The notes under the pieces: generated by a model | Seen by the model: the letters and a program-made list of their open reading frames with translations, nothing else | Databases searched by the model: none | What the model was told of the DNA's origin: nothing | Assembly: GCA_001595945.1 (NCBI GenBank) | Contig: LSSI01000025.1 | Span: 14,550 to 78,549, forward strand | DNA length: 64,000 nt | Source: Thermoplasmatales archaeon SM1-50 | GTDB lineage: Archaea > Thermoplasmatota > E2 > DHVEG-1 | Direction of reading: 5' to 3' | In this document: positions 57,708 to 64,000 of the stretch, in pieces | How the letters are laid out: each line of letters begins with the position of its first letter | Position numbering within the stretch: position 1 is the first letter of the stretch | Position numbers and translations under genes: made by a program

Positions 57708-59306
57708 GTGTGCATGTATCAGGGAATGCTTTTTGACCAACTGAAAAACCCAAGATTTTTTGGGCCCGATGTTACTTCGGTTCAACTGCTTCAGACCCAT
57801 ATCTCCTATGTTGCTCTCACGGGAACCTACGCTTACAAAGTGAAAAAACCAGTGAATTTTGGTTTCCTTGATTTTTCGACGTTGGATAAACGAAAACATT
57901 TCTGTGAAGAAGAAGTGCGGTTGAACAAACGTCTCTGTCCTGAGATGTACCTCGATGTTCTTCCTATAACAAAGAAAGATAACACCCTTGAACTCGATGG
58001 TAACGGAACCATCGTTGAGTACGTTGTCAAGATGAAGGAGTTCCCTCAGGAAAGCATTATGACAAATTTGCTTATGCAAAGGAAGATTTCTGAAAAAACC
58101 ATCGATCATCTATGCGCGATTTTAGTTGACTTTTATAACTTACAAAAACCTTCAGAAGACGTTAAAAAATATGGTGAGCTATCATCTGTGAAGCAGAATA
58201 TTGACGAGAATTTCGACCAAACTAGACCCATGATCGACGTCACGGTACCAAAGGAGACATTCTGGTCCATTAAGGATATGGTAACTAAGTTTTTCGAACT
58301 AAGAAAGCAAGTATTCGGGCAGCGGATGAAACAAGGGCGAATCTATGAATGCCATGGGGACCTGCATTCAGGGAACATCGCGATAATGGGAGATGCAATC
58401 AATATTTTTGATTGCATAGAGTTTAACGATCGATTTCGGTTTTGTGATGTTGCTTCTGATATCGGGTTTCTTGCCATGGACCTTGATTACCTAGATTATC
58501 CGTATTTATCAAGCTATTTGATAGAAAAATATATCGAAAAAAGTAAAGATTTAACGATTTATTTGGTGTTGAATTTCTATAAATCTTATCGGGCGTTTGT
58601 TCGTGGGAAAGTCTATGGCTTTCAGCTTAACGATCCTCATATCGACCCAGCAACTAAGAACGATATTCAGAATGCTGCAAAAAAATATTTCGAGTTATCA
58701 GCGTATTACGCACGGTTATTCTCCCTTGATTTTGAGAAGCAGAGACCCGTTGTGTTTCTTGTCGCTGGTTTATCTGGGACCGGTAAATCAACCATAGCAC
58801 GTAAAATAGCGGTTGATTATCATGGAACACAAATCAACACCGATGTGGTCCGAAAACAGATAGCTGGTATTGATCAATATGAACCACATCATGATCAAAT
58901 CAACACTGGTTTGTACGACCCAAAAAAGGTAGAACAGACCTATGAGCGGGTGATGCAGTATGCATCCGTCTCTCTAAAAAAAGGTGAGAATGTAGTAATC
59001 GATGCCACTTTCCAGAAGAAAAAATATAGAGAAATGGCATGTCATATGGCGAGAAAATATAATGCATTACTACTTATGATACAATGCATCTGCCCTGATA
59101 CAGTCGTTAAGAAACGGTTGGAGGACCGCTTAAAAGGAAAATCTGTCTCAGACGGCCGATGGGAGATATATCTTTCTCAGAAAACGACATTTGAACCATT
59201 CTCTTCAGAAGAAATCTGCCTTACATTAGACACCTCTGAGGAGTCCTATACATACCGTATGAATTTCTTCCACCAGCTGCTTTCACAGGTTTATCAGGTG
59301 AAGTAA
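57708..59306 (+). CDS. Bifunctional aminoglycoside-phosphotransferase-like kinase / P-loop (AAA_33-type) kinase
   Basis: The N-terminal ~350 aa have the APH-like fold with ECHGDLHSGNIAI (catalytic loop) and FDCIEFNDRFRFCDVASDIGF (DFG-like). The C-terminal ~170 aa start with the Walker A motif VVFLVAGLSGTGKSTIARKIA. Confidence 0.55.
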   Translation: MCMYQGMLFDQLKNPRFFGPDVTSVQLLQTHISYVALTGTYAYKVKKPVNFGFLDFSTLDKRKHFCEEEVRLNKRLCPEMYLDVLPITKKDNTLELDGNGTIVEYVVKMKEFPQESIMTNLLMQRKISEKTIDHLCAILVDFYNLQKPSEDVKKYGELSSVKQNIDENFDQTRPMIDVTVPKETFWSIKDMVTKFFELRKQVFGQRMKQGRIYECHGDLHSGNIAIMGDAINIFDCIEFNDRFRFCDVASDIGFLAMDLDYLDYPYLSSYLIEKYIEKSKDLTIYLVLNFYKSYRAFVRGKVYGFQLNDPHIDPATKNDIQNAAKKYFELSAYYARLFSLDFEKQRPVVFLVAGLSGTGKSTIARKIAVDYHGTQINTDVVRKQIAGIDQYEPHHDQINTGLYDPKKVEQTYERVMQYASVSLKKGENVVIDATFQKKKYREMACHMARKYNALLLMIQCICPDTVVKKRLEDRLKGKSVSDGRWEIYLSQKTTFEPFSSEEICLTLDTSEESYTYRMNFFHQLLSQVYQVK

Positions 59307-60322
59307 TGGAAATTTCAGGGTATAGAATCGATATTGAGAGCGCTGCAGAAGCATTGAAAAAACAAAGATGCAAAACAATAGCAATGCAGATTCCGGAAGG
59401 ACTTAAGCGCAGTGCGTTTCCCTTGGTTGACTTCCTAAAACAACAAACCGGTGCAACAGTCATTGTTTCAGCAGATCCATGTTTTGGCGCCTGTGATGTT
59501 ATCAACTACGAGATGAAACACTTAAATGTAGATGTTGTTGTCCATATAGGGCATACACCGATTGCCGGCGTAGAAAATTTTTGTATACCAACCCTATTTC
59601 TAAATGCACAGTCAACACTAGACGTCACGAAGGTTGTTGAACGGGCAATTCATTCGTTAGAGGGGAAAAAAATCGGGTTGGTCACCACTGCGCAGCACCT
59701 CCATGTACTTGACACAGTTGCCGCTCTTCTAAAAAAACATGGTCTGGATGTATTTATTACAGAAGGTGATGAGCGTATTTCAGCACAGGGGCAGATTCTT
59801 GGGTGTAATTTTTCCGCCGGAGTAAGGATAGCTAAGCAAGTGGATTGTTTTTTATTTATTGGAAGTGGGATGTTTCACCCGGTTGGTCTTTTGATGAGTA
59901 CACAAAAACCTGTGATTGCTGCTGACCCGTATACCATTGCGGTGAAAAAACAGGAAATCGAGGAAATGAAAAATAAGATTCTAAGACAGCGGTATAGTGC
60001 TATTCATGCATCTAGCAATGCACGACGATTCGGGATTCTTATCGGGATAAAGCGTGGGCAACAGCGGATACAACTTGCCTATGAACTAGAAAAAATGATA
60101 ACATCCGCGGGAAGACAATCCTTGTTGGTTGCACAGGATGAATTTTCCCCGGTGTCTCTGCAAGGGTTTGCTCTTGACTGTTATGTTTCCACTGCGTGCC
60201 CACGGATAGCAATAGATGATTTTTTGCAGTATAAAAAACCGATACTTACTCCAGTGGAACTTGAGATTGCGTTGGGCAAACGAAAATGGGAGGCATATGT
60301 GTTTGATGAAATTCTTGGATAA
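59306..60322 (+). CDS. dph2: 2-(3-amino-3-carboxypropyl)histidine synthase (diphthamide biosynthesis Dph2)
   Basis: KTIAMQIPEGLKRSAFPLVDFLKQ...VSADPCFGACDV, and three domain repeats with conserved Cys. Confidence 0.85.
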   Translation: MEISGYRIDIESAAEALKKQRCKTIAMQIPEGLKRSAFPLVDFLKQQTGATVIVSADPCFGACDVINYEMKHLNVDVVVHIGHTPIAGVENFCIPTLFLNAQSTLDVTKVVERAIHSLEGKKIGLVTTAQHLHVLDTVAALLKKHGLDVFITEGDERISAQGQILGCNFSAGVRIAKQVDCFLFIGSGMFHPVGLLMSTQKPVIAADPYTIAVKKQEIEEMKNKILRQRYSAIHASSNARRFGILIGIKRGQQRIQLAYELEKMITSAGRQSLLVAQDEFSPVSLQGFALDCYVSTACPRIAIDDFLQYKKPILTPVELEIALGKRKWEAYVFDEILG

Positions 60323-60355
60323 GACTACAAAGCTTTTTTATGGTCTTTATTCCTC

Positions 60356-61021
60356 ATGGTACTTATCATGACATTACTTCCTCTTGGATGTCGACCGTTA
60401 GATGATTTACTTGGAGGTGGTCTTGAAAGTGGGATCATCACCCGAGTTTATGGGGAAGCGGGGTCAGGAAAGACCAATTTTTGTCTTCAGGCGGCACGGC
60501 AGTCTGTCCGCTGTAAAGGAAAGGTTGCATATATCGATACAGAGGGTGTCTCTGTTGAGCGAATCCGACAGATGTGCATGGACTGTGATTATAAAAAAAT
60601 CCTTCGAGATATTCTGTTCTTCACTCCAGCATCGTTCGAATCACAGGAGAAGATGATTTGCGATGCGATTGCAACAAAGGGAATTAGCCTTGTGATTATT
60701 GATACCATCACGATGTTTTACCGCTTGAGCCTTGAAATGGACCGTGATAGCGCAATTCGTTCATTTACTAGACAGGTGACGAACCTGCAGGTTGCTGCTC
60801 GACAAAAGGATCTATTTGTTATAATCACTGAGCAAGTATATACAGATAAAGCCGGCGAGGTCAGACCCTTCACAACCAGAGATGCTGAGCATATGACAAA
60901 AACAATTCTTCGGTTTGATAGAAAAACAATTGGTCAACGGGAAGCTACACTCATAAAGCATCGGTCGCAGCTGGAAGGGAAAAAGGCGTGTTTCCGGATT
61001 AGTAATATTGGACTTGAATGA
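60356..61021 (+). CDS. radB: DNA repair and recombination protein RadB
   Basis: LDDLLGGGLESGIITRVYGEAGSGKTNFCLQAA (Walker A). The ~220 aa size, lacking the N-terminal HhH domain of RadA, is typical of RadB. Confidence 0.8.
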   Translation: MVLIMTLLPLGCRPLDDLLGGGLESGIITRVYGEAGSGKTNFCLQAARQSVRCKGKVAYIDTEGVSVERIRQMCMDCDYKKILRDILFFTPASFESQEKMICDAIATKGISLVIIDTITMFYRLSLEMDRDSAIRSFTRQVTNLQVAARQKDLFVIITEQVYTDKAGEVRPFTTRDAEHMTKTILRFDRKTIGQREATLIKHRSQLEGKKACFRISNIGLE

Positions 61022-61249
61022 AAATCTACTTGATGCGGATGTAAGTTCTTTTTCAGATAAAAATTCTCATTATCTTTACAAGGAGTTTATTAACAGACAC
61101 TTACCTAGGAGCATTGATTTTAAAAATACAGCAGTTATTCATTTCCAAAGAATCCTTTCTTATTTTTTGCTGAGATTCTGATCTGTTCCACAGAGCCATA
61201 ACAGTGGGACTAAAACTATTTAACGTCATTTCTGATGTAAAAAATACAT

Positions 61250-61843
61250 ATGGAAGAACACGAGGAAATAAACTATAAAACACTCCGAAAGCTTCAACAG
61301 GCGGAACAAACCTCCTCGATTCTTACAAAGGTCAATGTGAATTTTTATCAGGATCTTTTTTTGTATATGGCGACTCTTGAACGAAGTATTGAAAACGAAA
61401 AAAATACCCTGAAATTAAAGCTTTTTACCGATGAGATTCAAAACATCAGAAAAATAGCAACAAGCATCTATGAGCTTCGGGAGAAGAAAATCGTCCTAGG
61501 GGCTTTGGCGACAGCGCGTGGTGCTACCCTTGATTTGACAAATTTCCTTGAGATCGAAAAAAAATTATTCAATGCAGTAATAGGACAGATTAAAAACACT
61601 CGTAAAGAAATTTTTGAAGAAGGGGCAAATCAATCTCCTACAAAACAACCTACTCCACCAATTTCTCCTGCGTCAAAGAGAGAGCCACAGACAAATCCAG
61701 TCGTTCGTGTTTTAGAAGATACCCCAGAGTTCATTGGTACTGATGGAAAAACCTATTTGTTACAAAAAGAAGACGTAATTACAATCCCTGATGAAATGAT
61801 TGAGCCTCTATTGAAAAAAAAAATAGTAAAAAAGATAAAATAG
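61250..61843 (+). CDS. Hypothetical protein, possibly a GINS subunit (Gins51-like)
   Basis: Length (197 aa), helical N-domain (INYKTLRKLQQAEQTSSILTKVNVNFYQDLFLYMATL) and C-terminal small beta domain resemble archaeal GINS. The context is weak and the call is tentative. Confidence 0.3.
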   Translation: MEEHEEINYKTLRKLQQAEQTSSILTKVNVNFYQDLFLYMATLERSIENEKNTLKLKLFTDEIQNIRKIATSIYELREKKIVLGALATARGATLDLTNFLEIEKKLFNAVIGQIKNTRKEIFEEGANQSPTKQPTPPISPASKREPQTNPVVRVLEDTPEFIGTDGKTYLLQKEDVITIPDEMIEPLLKKKIVKKIK

Positions 61844-61902
61844 GGCACCCTACATTTTTATATACCTTTCTTACTTACGGTTACAATTGAACTGTGATAG
61901 CT

Positions 61903-62184
61903 ATGAAGATCCCCAGGAAAATCAAACGATACTGTCCATTCTGCAAAAAACACACGATTCATGAAGTTGACAAGATGAAGAAACGAAAGGCAAGTGAGCT
62001 GAAACGAGGACAACGGCGATTCAGGCGAGCTACGAGTGGATATGGAGGTTTCCCACGACCAAAACCAGAAGGAAGAGAAAAAACAAGCAGACGGATAGCA
62101 ACCCGTTTCACATGCACGATATGTAAAAAAATGCATCAGCCACCAAGTATACGGTCAAAAAAATTTGAGATAGAAGGTGAATAA
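61903..62184 (+). CDS. rpl44e: 50S ribosomal protein L44e (eL42)
   Basis: MKIPRKIKRYCPFCKKHTIHEV...TCTICKKMH zinc ribbon. The track ORF starts 9 nt upstream. Confidence 0.85.
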   Translation: MKIPRKIKRYCPFCKKHTIHEVDKMKKRKASELKRGQRRFRRATSGYGGFPRPKPEGREKTSRRIATRFTCTICKKMHQPPSIRSKKFEIEGE

Positions 62185-62365
62185 AGACATGGATCAACCA
62201 AAAAGCAGGTTCATTAAAGTACGATGTAATGATTGTGAAAATGAACAAGTTCTTTTTGATAAAGCAAGTACCACAGTCCTTTGCCATATTTGTGGTAGTA
62301 AACTTGCAACCCCAAATGGTGGGAAAGCAAAGATAAAAGGAACCATTTTAGAAACCATTGAATAA
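62177..62365 (+). CDS. rps27e: 30S ribosomal protein S27e (eS27)
   Basis: FIKVRCNDCENEQVLFDKASTTVLCHICGSKLATPNGGKAKI (C4 zinc finger). Confidence 0.9.
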   Translation: MNKDMDQPKSRFIKVRCNDCENEQVLFDKASTTVLCHICGSKLATPNGGKAKIKGTILETIE

Positions 62366-62376
62366 GGTTTTTCTGC

Positions 62377-63165
62377 ATGATAAAAAAGGAGTACCCTGAA
62401 GAAGGAGAACTTATTGTTGGAACTATAACAAAAGTCCAAAATTTTGGTGCGTTTGTATCACTTGATGAATACCCCAATAGAGAAGGATTCATCCATATCT
62501 CTGAAATAGCGACTGGATGGGTCAAACGTATCCGAAATTTTGTCAGAGAAAAACAAAAAGTCGTCTGCAAGGTTGTTCATGTCGACACCGCAAAGAAACA
62601 CATCGATCTTTCTCTTAAAAAGGTCAACGACCATCAACGCCGAGAGAAGATTCAGGAATGGAAGAACGCGCAGAAAGCAACCAAGCTTTTTGAGATGGTT
62701 GTACAAGCGCTTGGTAAATCAGTTGACCAGTGCTACCAAGAATTTGGGGATTCACTTGTGAAGAAATACGGGACTTTATACGCAGCTTTTGAGGAATGCG
62801 CTAATGATACGAACACCCTGAAAAACGATGGTTTTTCTGGGGAATGGCTTATAAAATTCGAGGAAATTGCAAAAAGTAGCATCACTGTTCCATTCGTTGA
62901 AATCAAAGGGATGTTGCTTGTGACGTCATATCTTCCTAACGGGATCCATCATATAAAGGAAGCGCTTAGCCTTGCGGAAAAAAGCGAGTTTGATGATGTC
63001 ACTATCAATATTAAATACATCGGTGCACCTCGATATATGATAAAAATAAAAGCTCCTGACTATAAAATTGCGGAATCACAGATGAAAAAAGCGGTTGAAC
63101 GGGCAGAAGCATATATGAAAAAAATGAAAGGTGAATGCGAGTTTAAACGCGAAGTCGAAGAATAA
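62377..63165 (+). CDS. Translation initiation factor 2 subunit alpha (aIF2-alpha)
   Basis: S1 domain YPEEGELIVGTITKVQNFGAFVSLDEYPNREGFIHISEIATGWVKRIRNFVREKQKVVCKVVHVD, then helical and alpha-beta domains. Confidence 0.9.
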   Translation: MIKKEYPEEGELIVGTITKVQNFGAFVSLDEYPNREGFIHISEIATGWVKRIRNFVREKQKVVCKVVHVDTAKKHIDLSLKKVNDHQRREKIQEWKNAQKATKLFEMVVQALGKSVDQCYQEFGDSLVKKYGTLYAAFEECANDTNTLKNDGFSGEWLIKFEEIAKSSITVPFVEIKGMLLVTSYLPNGIHHIKEALSLAEKSEFDDVTINIKYIGAPRYMIKIKAPDYKIAESQMKKAVERAEAYMKKMKGECEFKREVEE

Positions 63166-63332
63166 TGTCTGAAATACTGTATTGTACGAATTGTCAGCGA
63201 TATACTCTTCATCCAATCTGCAGGAGCTGCAAAGAAAAAACAGTTACTAAAAAACCCGCACGGTTCTCGCCACAAGACCATTATGGAAATTATCGACGAG
63301 CGTTGAAAAAAAAAGAAAAAGGGAAGAACTGA
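63165..63332 (+). CDS. nop10: H/ACA ribonucleoprotein complex subunit Nop10
   Basis: Not in the ORF track. Manual translation: MSEILYCTNCQRYTLHPICRSCKEKTVTKKPARFSPQDHYGNYRRALKKKEKGKN, with a CxxC...CxxC ribbon and the conserved PARFSP-DxY-YR motif. The aIF2a-Nop10 adjacency is conserved in archaea. It has a TAATG overlap with the aIF2a stop. Confidence 0.8.
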   Translation: MSEILYCTNCQRYTLHPICRSCKEKTVTKKPARFSPQDHYGNYRRALKKKEKGKN

Positions 63333-63336
63333 GAAA

Positions 63337-64000
63337 ATGAACCTGGTAGAGATAAAATATCTTGAGAAAAAACCCAAGCTTAAAAACCCGATTTTTATCG
63401 AAGGATTGCCTGGAATAGGCAATGTAGGTAAGCTTGCTGTGGAGCATCTGATTGATACAATGAAAGCAAGAAAATTCGCTGAGTTGTATAGTAAGGATTT
63501 TCCTCCACAGGTGTTCATTAACCCTGATGGGACTGTTAAGTTGGTCAACAATGAGTTTTTTTACTGGAAAGCAAAGAGAAGAGATCACCATGATATCGTT
63601 CTATTAACTGGGGATTATCAGGGTCTTTCCTCACAGGGGCAATATGAGCTTGCTGAATCCATTCTTAATGTCTTACAGGATCTTGGTGTGAAACAAATGT
63701 ATACCCTTGGTGGCTATGGTCTTGGTCGGGAGATCAAGGAGCCAAAAGTACTTTTTGCCACGACTGATATTCGTCTTGTAAAAAATATGAAAAAATATGG
63801 GGCGGTATTTAAGAAAAATGAGCCTGGAGGTGGTATCATTGGTGCTAGTGGGCTTCTCCTTGGCTTAGGCAAGCTTCGTGGTATTATTGGTACTTGTTTT
63901 ATGGGTGAAACCCCTGGGTATCTTGTTGACCCAAAGAGTGCTAAAGCGGTTCTGAAAGTTCTTACCAAGGCGGTGAATGTTGACATCGATCTTTCACGCC
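63337..64000 (+). CDS. PAC2-family proteasome assembly chaperone-like protein (partial; C-terminus beyond the window end)
   Basis: Manual translation: MNLVEIKYLEKKPKLKNPIFIEGLPGIGNVGKLAVEHLIDTMKARKFAELYSKDFPPQVFINPDGTVKL...GGYGLG. The LPGIGNVGK glycine-rich motif is characteristic of archaeal PAC2/PbaA-like proteins. Open at the window edge. Confidence 0.55.
   Translation, partial: MNLVEIKYLEKKPKLKNPIFIEGLPGIGNVGKLAVEHLIDTMKARKFAELYSKDFPPQVFINPDGTVKLVNNEFFYWKAKRRDHHDIVLLTGDYQGLSSQGQYELAESILNVLQDLGVKQMYTLGGYGLGREIKEPKVLFATTDIRLVKNMKKYGAVFKKNEPGGGIIGASGLLLGLGKLRGIIGTCFMGETPGYLVDPKSAKAVLKVLTKAVNVDIDLSR

Noticed and set aside
1-64000. CRISPR arrays, IS elements or prophage content
   Set aside because: No direct-repeat/spacer periodicity, transposase or integrase-like ORFs were seen. 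The only strong DNA-level repeat is the coding KE-repeat at 49.3-51.4 kb.

Overview
This 64 kb window is an AT-rich archaeal chromosomal segment. The lineage cannot be assigned from sequence alone, but the features are archaeal: a large r-protein operon containing aSUI1 and RNase P Rpp29, RpoK, ArcS and QueC for archaeosine, Dph2, RadB, Nob1, Nop10, aIF2-alpha and an RPA-type SSB. The centrepiece, at 36992-42304 on the minus strand, is the conserved ribosomal-protein superoperon L3-L4-L23-L2-S19-L22-S3-L29-SUI1-Rpp29-S17-L14-L24-S4e-L5-S14-S8-L6-L32e-L19e-L18-S5-L30. It is followed directly by RpoK and S2, with no L15/SecY/Adk block. The most interesting accessory content is in three places. 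First, a light island at 633-10958: a UbiA prenyltransferase, a fused CrtYcd lycopene cyclase, CrtI and CrtB, then a DUF523-DUF1722 protein, the UV-damage endonuclease UvdE and a PNPOx-like flavoprotein, then a heliorhodopsin with an unusual N-terminal zinc-ribbon domain. Second, an MtrA-like corrinoid protein, an MtrH-like methyltransferase and a short MetE-like methionine synthase (14106-16796), which looks like a corrinoid-dependent methionine-synthesis or methyl-transfer module in a probable non-methanogen. Third, several surface or secreted proteins (CARDB, C25-like, beta-helix, LEA_2 repeats), a 756-aa lysine/glutamate-rich coiled-coil protein with a C-terminal HhH-like domain, and r-proteins with unusual HhH or KE-rich extensions. 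I could not recognise any tRNA, rRNA or CRISPR array by eye. Three small genes absent from the ORF track were found by manual translation: S14 type Z, Nop10, and an RpoK that probably starts at a GTG.
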